A program made the position numbers and the translations under genes. The notes under the pieces are model-generated. The model saw only the letters and a program-made list of their open reading frames with translations. It was not told the DNA's origin and searched no databases. Below, piece after piece: positions 46,330 to 63,500 of a stretch of 64,000 bases of DNA; the first letter of the stretch is position 1; every line of letters begins with the position of its first letter. This DNA is from Eledone cirrhosa (taxonomy: Eukaryota): positions 111,104,001 through 111,168,000 of the forward strand of contig OZ024744.1 in assembly GCA_964016885.1 (NCBI GenBank). Reading direction: 5' to 3'.

Positions 46330-49300
46330 TGAACACAGAAAAACTACACAATCCACTATAACTTACTTTGCCATGAACACAGTAAAACTACACAATCCAC
46401 TATTACTTACCTTGCTCTGAACACAGAAAAACTACACAATCCACTATAACTTACTTTGCCATGAACACAGTAAAACTACACAATCCACTATAACTTAACT
46501 GGCCCTGAACACAGTAACACTACACAATCAACTATAACTTACCTTGCTCTGAACACAGTAAAACTACACAATGCACTATAACTTACCTTGCACTGAACAC
46601 AGTAAAACTACACAATCCACTATAAATTACCTTGTTCTGAACACAGTAAAACTACACAATCCGCTCTAAATTACCTTGCCCAGAACAAAGTAAAACTATG
46701 TAATCCACTATACCTTACCTTGCCCTGAACACAGTGAAACTACACAATCCACTATAACTTACCTTGCTCTGAACACAGTAAAACTACACAATCCACTATA
46801 CCTTACCTTGCCCTGAACACAGTAAAACTACATAATCCACTATAGTTTACCTTACCCTGAACACAATAAAACTACACAATCCACTATAAATTACCTTGCT
46901 CTGAACACAATAAAACTACACAATCCACTATAACTTAACTGGCCCTGAACACAGTAAAACTACACAATCCACTATAACTTACCTTACCCTGAACACAGTA
47001 AAACTACACAATCCACTATAACAAACATTGCCCTGAACACGGTAAAACTACACAAACCACTATAAATTACCTTGCCCTGAACACAGTAAAACTACATAAT
47101 CCACTATAGTTTACCTTGCCCTGAACACAATAAAACTACACAATCCACTATAAATTACCTTGCCCTGAACACAGTAAAACTAAACAATCCACTATAACGT
47201 ACCTTGCCCTGAACACAGTAAAACTACTTAATTCACTATAACTTACCTTGCTCTGAACACAGTAAAACTACACAATCCACTATACCTTACCTTGCCCTGA
47301 ACACAGTAAAACTACACAATCCACTATAACTTACCTTGCCCTAAACACAGTAAAACTACACAATCCTCTATAACTTACCTTGCTGTGAACACAGTAAAAC
47401 TACACAATCCACTATGCCTTACCTTGCCCTGAACACAGTAAAACTACACAATCCACTATAACTTACTTTGCCATGAACACAGTAAAACTACACAATCCAC
47501 TACAACTTACCTTGCACTGAACACAGTAAAACTACACAATCCACTATAAATTACCTTCCTCTGAACACAGTAAAACTACACAATCCACTATAACTTAACT
47601 GGCCCTGAACACGGTAACACTACACAATCCACTCTAACTTACCTTGCCCAGAACAAAGTATAACTACGTAATCCACTATACCTTACCTTGCCCTGAACAC
47701 AGTCAAACTACACAATCCACTATAGCTTACATTGCTCTGAACACAGTAAAACTACACAATCCACTATAGCTTACCTTGCCCTGAACACAGTAAAACTACA
47801 CAATCCACTATAAATTACCTTGCTCTGAACACAGTAAAATTACACAATCCACTATAACTTACCTTGCTCTGAACACAGTAAACCTACACAATCCACTATA
47901 AATTACCTTGCCCTGAACACAGTAAAACTACACAATCCACTATAAGTTACCTTGCTCTGAACACAGTAAAACAACACAATCCACTATAACTTAACTGGCC
48001 CTGAACACAGTAAAACTACACAATCCACTATAACTTACCATGCCCTGAACACAGTAAAACTAAACAATCCACTATAACTTACATTGCCCTAAACACAGTA
48101 AAATTACACAAACCACTATAAATTACCTTGCCCTGAACACAGTCAAACTACACAATCCACTATAGCTTACATTGCTCTGAACACAGTAAAACTACACAAT
48201 CCACTATAGCTTACCTTGCCCTGAACACAGTAAAACTACACAATCCACTATAAATTACCTTGCTCTGAACACAGTAAAATTACACAATCCACTATAACTT
48301 ACCTTGCTCTGAACACAGTAAAACTACACAATCCACTATAACTTACTTTGCCATGAACACAGTAAAACTACACAATCCACTATTACTTACCTTGCTCTGA
48401 ACACAGAAAAACTACACAATCCACTATAACTTACTTTGCCATGAACACAGTAAAACTACACAATCCACTATAACTTAACTGGCCCTGAACACAGTAACAC
48501 TACACAATCAACTATAACTTACCTTGCTCTGAACACAGTAAAACTACACAATGCACTATAACTTACCTTGCACTGAACACAGTAAAACTACACAATCCAC
48601 TATAAATTACCTTGTTCTGAACACAGTAAAACTACACAATCCGCTCTAAATTACCTTGCCCAGAACAAAGTAAAACTATGTAATCCACTATACCTTACCT
48701 TGCCCTGAACACAGTGAAACTACACAATCCACTATAACTTACCTTGCTCTGAACACAGTAAAACTACACAATCCACTATACCTTACCTTGCCCTGAACAC
48801 AGTAAAACTACATAATCCACTATAGTTTACCTTACCCTGAACACAATAAAACTACACAATCCACTATAAATTACCTTGCTCTGAACACAATAAAACTACA
48901 CAATCCACTATAACTTAACTGGCCCTGAACACAGTAAAACTACACAATCCACTATAACTTACCTTACCCTGAACACAGTAAAACTACACAATCCACTATA
49001 ACAAACATTGCCCTGAACACGGTAAAACTACACAAACCACTATAAATTACCTTGCCCTGAACACAGTAAAACTACATAATCCACTATAGTTTACCTTGCC
49101 CTGAACACAATAAAACTACACAATCCACTATAAATTACCTTGCCCTGAACACAGTAAAACTACACAATCCACTATAACGTACCTTGCCCTGAACACAGTA
49201 AAACTACTTAATTCACTATAACTTACCTTACTCTGAACACAGTAAAATTACACAATCCACTATACCTTACCTTGCCCTGAACACAGTAAAACTACACAAT

Positions 49301-52300
49301 CCACTATAACTTACCTTGCCCTAAACACAGTAAAACTACACAATCCTCTATAACTTACCTTGCTGTGAACACAGTAAAACTACACAATCCACTATGCCTT
49401 ACCTTGCCCTGAACACAGTAAAACTACACAATCCACTATAACTTACTTTGCCATGAACACAGTAAAACTACACAATCCACTACAACTTACCTTGCACTGA
49501 ACACAGTAAAACTACACAATCCACTATAAATTACCTTCCTCTGAACACAGTAAAACTACACAATCCACTATAACTTAACTGGCCCTGAACACGGTAACAC
49601 TACACAATCCACTCTAACTTACCTTGCCCAGAACAAAGTATAACTACGTAATCCACTATACCTTACCTTGCCCTGAACACAGTCAAACTACACAATCCAC
49701 TATAGCTTACATTGCTCTGAACACAGTAAAACTACACAATCCACTATAGCTTACCTTGCCCTGAACACAGTAAAACTACACAATCCACTATAAATTACCT
49801 TCCTCTGAACACAGTAAAATTACACAATCCACTATAACTTACCTTGCTCTGAACACAGTAAACCTACACAATCCACTATAAATTACCTTGCCCTGAACAC
49901 AGTAAAACTACACAATCCACTATAAGTTACCTTGCTCTGAACACAGTAAAACAACACAATCCACTATAACTTAACTGGCCCTGAACACAGTAAAACTACA
50001 CAATCCACTATAACTTACCATGCCCTGAACACAGTAAAACTAAACAATCCACTATAACTTACATTGCCCTGAACACAGTAAAATTACACAAACCACTATA
50101 AATTACCTTGCCCGGAACACAGTAAAACTACACAATCCACTATAGTTTACCTTGCCCTGAACACAGTAAAACTACACAATCCACTATTACTTACCTTGCT
50201 CTGAACACAGTAAAACTACACAATCCACTATTACTTACCTTGCTCTGAACACAGAAAAACTACACAATCCACTATAACTTACTTTGCCATGAACACAGTA
50301 AAACTACACAATCCACTATTATTTACCTTGCTCTGAACACAGAAAAACTACACAATCCACTATAACTTACTTTGCCATGAACACAGTAAAACTACACAAT
50401 CCACTATAACTTAACTGGCCCTGAACACAGTAACACTACACAATCAACTATAACTTACCTTGCTCTGAACACAGTAAAACTACACAATGCACTATAACTT
50501 ACCTTGCACTGAACACAGTAAAACTACACAATCCACTATGAATTACCTTGTTCTGAACACAGTAGAACTACACAATCCACTCTAAATTACCTTGCCCAGA
50601 ACAAAGTAAAACTATGTAATCCACTATACCTTACCTTGCCCTGAACACAGTGAAACTACACAATCCACTATAACTTACCTTGCTCTGAACACAGTAAAAC
50701 TACACAATCCACTATACCTTACCTTGCCCTGAACACAGTAAAACTACATAATCCACTATAGTTTACCTTACCCTGAACACAGTAAAACTACACAATCCAC
50801 TATAACAAACATTGCCCTGAACACGGTAAAACTACACAAACCACTATAAATTACCTTGCCCTGAACACAGTAAAACTACATAATCCACTATAGTTTACCT
50901 TGCCCTGAACACAATAAAACTACACAATCCACTATAAATTACCTTGCCCTGAACACAGTAAAACTACACAATCCACTATAACGTACCTTGCCCTGAACAC
51001 AGTAAAACTACTTAATTAGCTATAACTTACCTTGCTCTGAACACAGTAAAACTACACAATCCACTATACCTTACCTTGCCCTGAACACAGTAAAACTACA
51101 CAATCCACTATAACTTACCTTGCCCTGAACACAGTAAAACTACACAATCCTCTATAACTTACCTTGCTGTGAACACAGTAAAACTACACAATCCACTATG
51201 CCTTACCTTGCCCTGAACACAGTAAAACTACACAATCCACTATAACTTACCTTGCCCTGAACACAGTAAAACTACACAATCCTCTATAACTTACCTTGCT
51301 GTGAACACAGTAAAACTACACAATCCACTATGCCTTACCTTGCCCTGAACACAGTAAAACTACACAATCCACTATAACTTACTTTGCCATGAACACAGTA
51401 AAACTACACAATCCACTACAACTTACCTTGCACTGAACACAGTAAAACTACACAATCCACTATAAATTACCTTCCTCTGAACACAGTAAAACTACACAAT
51501 CCACTATAACTTAACTGGCCCTGAACACGGTAACACTACACAATCCACTCTAACTTACCTTGCCCAGAACAAAGTATAACTACGTAATCCACTATACCTT
51601 ACCTTGCCCTGAACACAGTCAAACTACACAATCCACTATAGCTTACATTGCTCTGAACACAGTAAAACTACACAATCCACTATAGCTTACCTTGCCCTGA
51701 ACACAGTAAAACTACACAATCCACTATAAATTACCTTGCTCTGAACACAGTAAAATTACACAATCCACTATAACTTACCTTGCTCTGAACACAGTAAACC
51801 TACACAATCCACTATAAATTACCTTGCCCTGAACACAGTAAAACTACACAATCCACTATAAGTTACCTTGCTCTGAACACAGTAAAACAACACAATCCAC
51901 TATAACTTAACTGGCCCTGAACACAGTAAAACTACACAATCCACTATAACTTACCATGCCCTGAACACAGTAAAACTAAACAATCCACTATAACTTACAT
52001 TGCCCTAAACACAGTAAAATTACACAAACCACTATAAATTACCTTGCCCTGAACACAGTCAAACTACACAATCCACTATAGCTTACATTGCTCTGAACAC
52101 AGTAAAACTACACAATCCACTATAGCTTACCTTGCCCTGAACACAGTAAAACTACACAATCCACTATAAATTACCTTGCTCTGAACACAGTAAAATTACA
52201 CAATCCACTATAACTTACCTTGCTCTGAACACAGTAAAACTACACAATCCACTATTACTTACCTTGCTCTGAACACAGAAAAACTACACAATCCACTATA

Positions 52301-55300
52301 ACTTACTTTGCCATGAACACAGTAAAACTACACAATCCACTATTACTTACCTTGCTCTGAACACAGAAAAACTACACAATCCACTATAACTTACTTTGCC
52401 ATGAACACAGTAAAACTACACAATCCACTATAACTTAACTGGCCCTGAACACAGTAACACTACACAATCAACTATAACTTACCTTGCTCTGAACACAGTA
52501 AAACTACACAATGCACTATAACTTACCTTGCACTGAACACAGTAAAACTACACAATCCACTATAAATTACCTTGTTCTGAACACAGTAAAACTACACAAT
52601 CCGCTCTAAATTACCTTGCCCAGAACAAAGTAAAACTATGTAATCCACTATACCTTACCTTGCCCTGAACACAGTGAAACTACACAATCCACTATAACTT
52701 ACCTTGCTCTGAACACAGTAAAACTACACAATCCACTATACCTTACCTTGCCCTGAACACAGTAAAACTACATAATCCACTATAGTTTACCTTACCCTGA
52801 ACACAATAAAACTACACAATCCACTATAAATTACCTTGCTCTGAACACAATAAAACTACACAATCCACTATAACTTAACTGGCCCTGAACACAGTAAAAC
52901 TACACAATCCACTATAACTTACCTTACCCTGAACACAGTAAAACTACACAATCCACTATAACAAACATTGCCCTGAACACGGTAAAACTACACAAACCAC
53001 TATAAATTACCTTGCCCTGAACACAGTAAAACTACATAATCCACTATAGTTTACCTTGCCCTGAACACAATAAAACTACACAATCCACTATAAATTACCT
53101 TGCCCTGAACACAGTAAAACTACACAATCCACTATAACGTACCTTGCCCTGAACACAGTAAAACTACTTAATTCACTATAACTTACCTTACTCTGAACAC
53201 AGTAAAATTACACAATCCACTATACCTTACCTTGCCCTGAACACAGTAAAACTACACAATCCACTATAACTTACCTTGCCCTAAACACAGTAAAACTACA
53301 CAATCCTCTATAACTTACCTTGCTGTGAACACAGTAAAACTACACAATCCACTATGCCTTACCTTGCCCTGAACACAGTAAAACTACACAATCCACTATA
53401 ACTTACTTTGCCATGAACACAGTAAAACTACACAATCCACTACAACTTACCTTGCACTGAACACAGTAAAACTACACAATCCACTATAAATTACCTTCCT
53501 CTGAACACAGTAAAACTACACAATCCACTATAACTTAACTGGCCCTGAACACGGTAACACTACACAATCCACTCTAACTTACCTTGCCCAGAACAAAGTA
53601 TAACTACGTAATCCACTATACCTTACCTTGCCCTGAACACAGTCAAACTACACAATCCACTATAGCTTACATTGCTCTGAACACAGTAAAACTACACAAT
53701 CCACTATAGCTTACCTTGCCCTGAACACAGTAAAACTACACAATCCACTATAAATTACCTTCCTCTGAACACAGTAAAATTACACAATCCACTATAACTT
53801 ACCTTGCTCTGAACACAGTAAACCTACACAATCCACTATAAATTACCTTGCCCTGAACACAGTAAAACTACACAATCCACTATAAGTTACCTTGCTCTGA
53901 ACACAGTAAAACAACACAATCCACTATAACTTAACTGGCCCTGAACACAGTAAAACTACACGATCCACTATAACTTACCATGCCCTGAACACAGTAAAAC
54001 TAAACAATCCACTATAACTTACATTGCCCTGAACACAGTAAAATTACACAAACCACTATAAATTACCTTGCCCGGAACACAGTAAAACTACACAATCCAC
54101 TATAGTTTACCTTGCCCTGAACACAGTAAAACTACACAATCCACTATTACTTACCTTGCTCTGAACACAGTAAAACTACACAATCCACTATTACTTACCT
54201 TGCTCTGAACACAGAAAAACTACACAATCCACTATAACTTACTTTGCCATGAACACAGTAAAACTACACAATCCACTATTATTTACCTTGCTCTGAACAC
54301 AGAAAAACTACACAATCCACTATAACTTACTTTGCCATGAACACAGTAAAACTACACAATCCACTATAACTTAACTGGCCCTGAACACAGTAACACTACA
54401 CAATCAACTATAACTTACCTTGCTCTGAACACAGTAAAACTACACAATGCACTATAACTTACCTTGCACTGAACACAGTAAAACTACACAATCCACTATA
54501 AATTACCTTGTTCTGAACACAGTAGAACTACACAATCCACTCTAAATTACCTTGCCCAGAACAAAGTAAAACTATGTAATCCACTATACCTTACCTTGCC
54601 CTGAACACAGTGAAACTACACAATCCACTATAACTTACCTTGCTCTGAACACAGTAAAACTACACAATCCACTATACCTTACCTTGCCCTGAACACAGTA
54701 AAACTACATAATCCACTATAGTTTACCTTACCCTGAACACAGTAAAACTACACAATCCACTATAACAAACATTGCCCTGAACACGGTAAAACTACACAAA
54801 CCACTATAAATTACCTTGCCCTGAACACAGTAAAACTACATAATCCACTATAGTTTACCTTGCCCTGAACACAATAAAACTACACAATCCACTATAAATT
54901 ACCTTGCCCTGAACACAGTAAAACTACACAATCCACTATAACGTACCTTGCCCTGAACACAGTAAAACTACTTAATTAGCTATAACTTACCTTGCTCTGA
55001 ACACAGTAAAACTACACAATCCACTATACCTTACCTTGCCCTGAACACAGTAAAACTACACAATCCACTATAACTTACCTTGCCCTGAACACAGTAAAAC
55101 TACACAATCCTCTATAACTTACCTTGCTGTGAACACAGTAAAACTACACAATCCACTATGCCTTACCTTGCCCTGAACACAGTAAAACTACACAATCCAC
55201 TATAACTTACCTTGCCCTGAACACAGTAAAACTACACAATCCTCTATAACTTACCTTGCTGTGAACACAGTAAAACTACACAATCCACTATGCCTTACCT

Positions 55301-58300
55301 TGCCCTGAACACAGTAAAACTACACAATCCACTATAACTTACTTTGCCATGAACACAGTAAAACTACACAATCCACTACAACTTACCTTGCACTGAACAC
55401 AGTAAAACTACACAATCCACTATAAATTACCTTCCTCTGAACACAGTAAAACTACACAATCCACTATAACTTAACTGGCCCTGAACACGGTAACACTACA
55501 CAATCCACTCTAACTTACCTTGCCCAGAACAAAGTATAACTACGTAATCCACTATACCTTACCTTGCCCTGAACACAGTCAAACTACACAATCCACTATA
55601 GCTTACATTGCTCTGAACACAGTAAAACTACACAATCCACTATAGCTTACCTTGCCCTGAACACAGTAAAACTACACAATCCACTATAAATTACCTTGCT
55701 CTGAACACAGTAAAATTACACAATCCACTATAACTTACCTTGCTCTGAACACAGTAAACCTACACAATCCACTATAAATTACCTTGCCCTGAACACAGTA
55801 AAACTACACAATCCACTATAAGTTACCTTGCTCTGAACACAGTAAAACAACACAATCCACTATAACTTAACTGGCCCTGAACACAGTAAAACTACACAAT
55901 CCACTATAACTTACCATGCCCTGAACACAGTAAAACTAAACAATCCACTATAACTTACATTGCCCTAAACACAGTAAAATTACACAAACCACTATAAATT
56001 ACCTTGCCCTGAACACAGTCAAACTACACAATCCACTATAGCTTACATTGCTCTGAACACAGTAAAACTACACAATCCACTATAGCTTACCTTGCCCTGA
56101 ACACAGTAAAACTACACAATCCACTATAAATTACCTTGCTCTGAACACAGTAAAATTACACAATCCACTATAACTTACCTTGCTCTGAACACAGTAAAAC
56201 TACACAATCCACTATTACTTACCTTGCTCTGAACACAGAAAAACTACACAATCCACTATAACTTACTTTGCCATGAACACAGTAAAACTACACAATCCAC
56301 TATTACTTACCTTGCTCTGAACACAGAAAAACTACACAATCCACTATAACTTACTTTGCCATGAACACAGTAAAACTACACAATCCACTATAACTTAACT
56401 GGCCCTGAACACAGTAACACTACACAATCAACTATAACTTACCTTGCTCTGAACACAGTAAAACTACACAATGCACTATAACTTACCTTGCACTGAACAC
56501 AGTAAAACTACACAATCCACTATAAATTACCTTGTTCTGAACACAGTAAAACTACACAATCCGCTCTAAATTACCTTGCCCAGAACAAAGTAAAACTATG
56601 TAATCCACTATACCTTACCTTGCCCTGAACACAGTGAAACTACACAATCCACTATAACTTACCTTGCTCTGAACACAGTAAAACTACACAATCCACTATA
56701 CCTTACCTTGCCCTGAACACAGTAAAACTACATAATCCACTATAGTTTACCTTACCCTGAACACAATAAAACTACACAATCCACTATAAATTACCTTGCT
56801 CTGAACACAATAAAACTACACAATCCACTATAACTTAACTGGCCCTGAACACAGTAAAACTACACAATCCACTATAACTTACCTTACCCTGAACACAGTA
56901 AAACTACACAATCCACTATAACAAACATTGCCCTGAACACGGTAAAACTACACAAACCACTATAAATTACCTTGCCCTGAACACAGTAAAACTACATAAT
57001 CCACTATAGTTTACCTTGCCCTGAACACAATAAAACTACACAATCCACTATAAATTACCTTGCCCTGAACACAGTAAAACTACACAATCCACTATAACGT
57101 ACCTTGCCCTGAACACAGTAAAACTACTTAATTCACTATAACTTACCTTACTCTGAACACAGTAAAATTACACAATCCACTATACCTTACCTTGCCCTGA
57201 ACACAGTAAAACTACACAATCCACTATAACTTACCTTGCCCTAAACACAGTAAAACTACACAATCCTCTATAACTTACCTTGCTGTGAACACAGTAAAAC
57301 TACACAATCCACTATGCCTTACCTTGCCCTGAACACAGTAAAACTACACAATCCACTATAACTTACTTTGCCATGAACACAGTAAAACTACACAATCCAC
57401 TACAACTTACCTTGCACTGAACACAGTAAAACTACACAATCCACTATAAATTACCTTCCTCTGAACACAGTAAAACTACACAATCCACTATAACTTAACT
57501 GGCCCTGAACACGGTAACACTACACAATCCACTCTAACTTACCTTGCCCAGAACAAAGTATAACTACGTAATCCACTATACCTTACCTTGCCCTGAACAC
57601 AGTCAAACTACACAATCCACTATAGCTTACATTGCTCTGAACACAGTAAAACTACACAATCCACTATAGCTTACCTTGCCCTGAACACAGTAAAACTACA
57701 CAATCCACTATAAATTACCTTGCTCTGAACACAGTAAAATTACACAATCCACTATAACTTACCTTGCTCTGAACACAGTAAACCTACACAATCCACTATA
57801 AATTACCTTGCCCTGAACACAGTAAAACTACACAATCCACTATAAGTTACCTTGCTCTGAACACAGTAAAACAACACAATCCACTATAACTTAACTGGCC
57901 CTGAACACAGTAAAACTACACAATCCACTATAACTTACCATGCCCTGAACACAGTAAAACTAAACAATCCACTATAACTTACATTGCCCTGAACACAGTA
58001 AAATTACACAAACCACTATAAATTACCTTGCCCGGAACACAGTAAAACTACACAATCCACTATAGTTTACCTTGCCCTGAACACAGTAAAACTACACAAT
58101 CCACTATTACTTACCTTGCTCTGAACACAGTAAAACTACACAATCCACTATTACTTACCTTGCTCTGAACACAGAAAAACTACACAATCCACTATAACTT
58201 ACTTTGCCATGAACACAGTAAAACTACACAATCCACTATTATTTACCTTGCTCTGAACACAGAAAAACTACACAATCCACTATAACTTACTTTGCCATGA

Positions 58301-59160
58301 ACACAGTAAAACTACACAATCCACTATAACTTAACTGGCCCTGAACACAGTAACACTACACAATCAACTATAACTTACCTTGCTCTGAACACAGTAAAAC
58401 TACACAATGCACTATAACTTACCTTGCACTGAACACAGTAAAACTACACAATCCACTATAAATTACCTTGTTCTGAACACAGTAGAACTACACAATCCAC
58501 TCTAAATTACCTTGCCCAGAACAAAGTAAAACTATGTAATCCACTATACCTTACCTTGCCCTGAACACAGTGAAACTACACAATCCACTATAACTTACCT
58601 TGCTCTGAACACAGTAAAACTACACAATCCACTATACCTTACCTTGCCCTGAACACAGTAAAACTACATAATCCACTATAGTTTACCTTACCCTGAACAC
58701 AGTAAAACTACACAATCCACTATAACAAACATTGCCCTGAACACGGTAAAACTACACAAACCACTATAAATTACCTTGCCCTGAACACAGTAAAACTACA
58801 TAATCCACTATAGTTTACCTTGCCCTGAACACAATAAAACTACACAATCCACTATAAATTACCTTGCCCTGAACACAGTAAAACTACACAATCCACTATA
58901 ACGTACCTTGCCCTGAACACAGTAAAACTACTTAATTAGCTATAACTTACCTTGCTCTGAACACAGTAAAACTACACAATCCACTATACCTTACCTTGCC
59001 CTGAACACAGTAAAACTACACAATCCACTATAACTTACCTTGCCCTGAACACAGTAAAACTACACAATCCTCTATAACTTACCTTGCTGTGAACACAGTA
59101 AAACTACACAATCCACTATGCCTTACCTTGCCCTGAACACAGTAAAACTACACAATCCAC
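46330..59160. repeat. 90-monomer (3960-bp) higher-order repeat, about 3 near-identical copies, built from two related 45-monomer (1980-bp) halves
   Basis: CCGCTCTAAA occurs at 46661, 48641, 52601 and 56561. TAATTAGC occurs at 51013, 54973 and 58933. Sequence from 48361, 52321 and 56281 matches line for line apart from a few substitutions. Confidence 0.9.
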
Positions 59161-60549
59161 TATTACTTACATTGCTCTGAACACAGAAAAACTACACAAT
59201 CCACTATAACTTACTTTGCCATGAACACAGTAAAACTACACAATCCACTACAACTTACCTTGCACTGAACAGAGTAAAACTACACAATCCACTATAAATT
59301 ACCTTCCTCTGAACACAGTAAAACTACACAATCCACTATAACTTAACTGGCCCTGAACACGGTAACACTACACAATCCACTCTAACTTACCTTGCCCAGA
59401 ACAAATTATAACTACGTAATCCACTATACCTTACCTTGCCCTAAACACAGTCAAACTACACAATCCACTATAGCTTACATTGCTCTGAACACAGTAAAAC
59501 TACACAATCCACTATAGCTTACCTTGCCCTGAACACAGTAAAACTACACAATCCACTATAAATTACCTTGCTCTGAACACAGTAAAATTACACAATCCAC
59601 TATAACTTACCTTCCTCTGAACACAGTAAACCTACACAATCCACTATAAATTACCTTGCCCTGAACACAGTAAAACTACACAATCCACTATAAGTTACCT
59701 TGCCCTGAACACAGTAAAACTACACAATCCACTATAACTTAACTGGCCCTGAACACAGTAAAACTACACAATCCACTATAACTTACCATGCCCTGAACAC
59801 AGTAAAACTAAACAATCCACTATAACTTACATTGCCCTGAACACAGTAAAATTACACAAACCACTATAAATTACCTTGCCCGGAACACAGTAAAACTACA
59901 CAATCCACTATAGTTTACCTTGCCCTGAACACAGCAAAACTACACAATCCACTATAAATTACCTTGCCCTGAACACAGTAAAACTACACAATCCACTATA
60001 ACTTACCTTGCCCTGGACACAGTAAAACTACACAATCCACTATAACTTACCTTGCTCTGAACACAGTAAAACTACACAATCCACTATACCTTACCTTGGC
60101 CTGAACACAGTAAAACTACACAATCCACTATAACTTACCTTGCACTGAACACAGTAAAACTACACAATCCACTATAACTTGCCTTGCCCTGAACACAGAA
60201 AAAGTACACAATCCACTATAACTTACTTTGCCATGAACACAGTAAAACTACACAATCTACTATAACTCACCCTGCACTGAACACAGTAAAACTACACAAT
60301 CCACTATAGTTTACCTTGCCCTGAACACAGTAAAACTACACAATCCACTATAGCGTACCTTTCCCTGAACACAGTAAAACTACTTAATTCACTATAACTT
60401 ACCTTGCTCTGAACACAGTAAAACTACACAATCCACTATACCTTACCTTGCCCTGAACACAGTAAAACTACACAATCCACTATAGCTTACATTGCCCTGA
60501 ACACAGTAAAACTACACAATCCACTATAAATTACCTTGCTCTGAACACA

Positions 60550-63500
60550 GTAAAACTACACAATGCACTATAACTTACTTTGCCATGAACACAGTAAAAC
60601 TACACAATCCACTATAACGTACCTTTCCCTGAACACAGTAAAACTACTTAATTCACTATAACTTACCTTGCTCTGAACACAGTAAAACTACACAGTCCAC
60701 TATACCTTACCTTGCCCTGAACACAGCAAAACTACACAATCCACTATAAATTACCTTGCCCTGAACACAGTAAAACTACACAATCCACTATTACTTACCT
60801 TGCCCTGAACACAGAATAACTACACAATCCACTATAACTTAACTGGCCCTGAACACAGTAAAACTACACAATCCACTATTACTTACCTTGCTCTGAACAC
60901 AGTAAAACTACACAATCCACTATTACTTACCTTGCTCTGAACACAGACAAACTACACAATCCAGTATAACTTACTTTGCCATGAACACAGTAAAACTACA
61001 CAATCCACTATTACTTACCTTGCTCTGAACACAGAAAAACTACACAATCCACTATAACTTACTTTGCCATGAACACAGTAAAACTACACAATCCACTATA
61101 AATTAACTGGCCCTGAACACAGTAACACTACACAATCAACTATAACTTTCCTTGCTCTGAACACAGTAAAACTACACAATGCACTATAACTTAATTTGCC
61201 ATGAACACAGTAAAACTACACAATCAACTATAACTTACCTTGCACTGAACACAGTAAAACTACACAATCCACTATAAATTACCTTGTTCTGAACACAGTA
61301 AAACTACACAATCCACTCTAACTTACCTTGCCCAGAACAAAGTAAAACTACGTAATCCACTATACCTTACCTTGCCCTGAACACAGTGAAACTACACAAT
61401 CCACTATAACTTACCTTGCTCTGAACACAATAAAACTACACAATCCACTATAAATTACCTTGCTCTGAACACAATAAAACTACACAATCCACTATAACTT
61501 AACTGGCCCTGAACACAGTAAAACTACACAATCCACTATAACTTACCTTGCCCTGAACACAGTAAAACTACACAATCCACTATAACAAACATTACCCTTA
61601 ACACGGTAAATCTACACAAACCACTATAAATTACCTTGCCCTGAACACAGTAAAACTACATAATCCACTATAGTTTACCTTGCCCTGAACACAATAAAAC
61701 TACACAATCCACTATAAATTACCTTGCCCTGAACACAGTAAAACTACACAATCCACTATAACGTACCTTGCCCTGAACACAGTAAAACTACTTAATTCAC
61801 TATAACTTAACTTGCTCTGAACACAGTAAAACTACACAATCCACAATACCTTACCTTGCCCTGAACACAGTAAAACTACACAATCCACTATAACTTACCT
61901 TGCCCTGAACACAGTAAAACTACACAATCCTCTATAACTTACCTTGCTGTGAACACAGTAAAACTACACAATCCACTATGCCTTACCTTGCCCTGAACAC
62001 AGTAAAACTACACAATCCACTATAACTTACTTTGCCATGAACACAGTAAAATTACACAATCCACTACAACTTACCTTGCACTGAACACAGTAAAACTACA
62101 CAATCCACTATAAATTACCTTCCTCTGAACACAGTAAAACTACACAATCCACTATAACTTAACTGGCCCTGAACACAGTAACACTACACAATCCACTCTA
62201 ACTTACCTTGCCCAGAATAAAGTATAACTACGTAATCCACTATACCTTACCTTGCCCTGAACACAGTCAAACTACACAATCCACTATAGCTTACATTGCT
62301 CTGAACACAGTAAAACTAAACAATCCACTATAGCTTACCTTGCCCTGAACACAGTAAAACTACACAATCCACTATAGCTTGCCTTGCCCTGAACACAGAA
62401 AAACTAAACAATCCACTATAACTTACATTGCCCTGAACACAGTAAAACTACACAATCCACTATAAATTACCTTGCTCTGAACACAGTAAACCTACACAAT
62501 CCACTATAAATTACCTTGCCCTGAACACAGTAAAACTACACCATCCACTATAAGTTACCTTGCTCTGAACACAGTAAAACAACACAATCCGCTATAACTT
62601 AACTGGCCCTGAACACAGTAAAACTACACAATCCACTATAACTTACCATGCCCTGAACACAGTAAAACTAAACAATCCACTATAACTTACATTGCCCTGA
62701 ACACAGTAAAATTACACAAACCACTATAAATTACCTTGCCCGGAACACAGTAAAACTACACAATCCACTATAGTTTACCTTGCCCTGAACACAGTAAAAC
62801 TACACAATCCACTATAAATTACCTTGCCCTGAGCACAGTAAAACTACACAATCCACTATAGCTTACATTGCTCTGAACACAGTAAAACTACACAATCCAT
62901 TATAGCTTACCTTGCCCTGAAAACAGTGGAACTACACAATCCACTATAAATTACCTTGCCCTGAACACAGTAAAACTACACAATCCACTATAACTTACCT
63001 TGCTCTGAACACAGTAAAACTACACAATCCACTATAACTTACTTTGCCATGAACACAGGAAAAATACACAATCCACTATAACTTACCTTGCACTGAACAC
63101 AGTAAAACTACACAATCTACTATAGTTTACCTTGCCCTGAACACAGTAAAACTACACAATCCACTATAACGTACCTTGCCCTGAACACAGTAAAACTACT
63201 TAATTCACTATAACTTACCTTGCTCTGAACACAGTAAAACTACACAATCCACTATACCTTACCTTGCCCTGAACACAGTAAAACTACACAATCCACTATA
63301 GCTTACATTGCTCTGAACACAGTAAAACTACACAATGCACTATAACTTACTTTGCCATGAACACAGTAAAACTACACAATCCACTATAACGTACCTTTCC
63401 CTGAACACAGTAAAACTACTTAATTCACTATAACTTACCTTGCTCTGAACACAGTAAAACTACACAGTCCACTATACCTTACCTTGCCCTGAACACAGCA

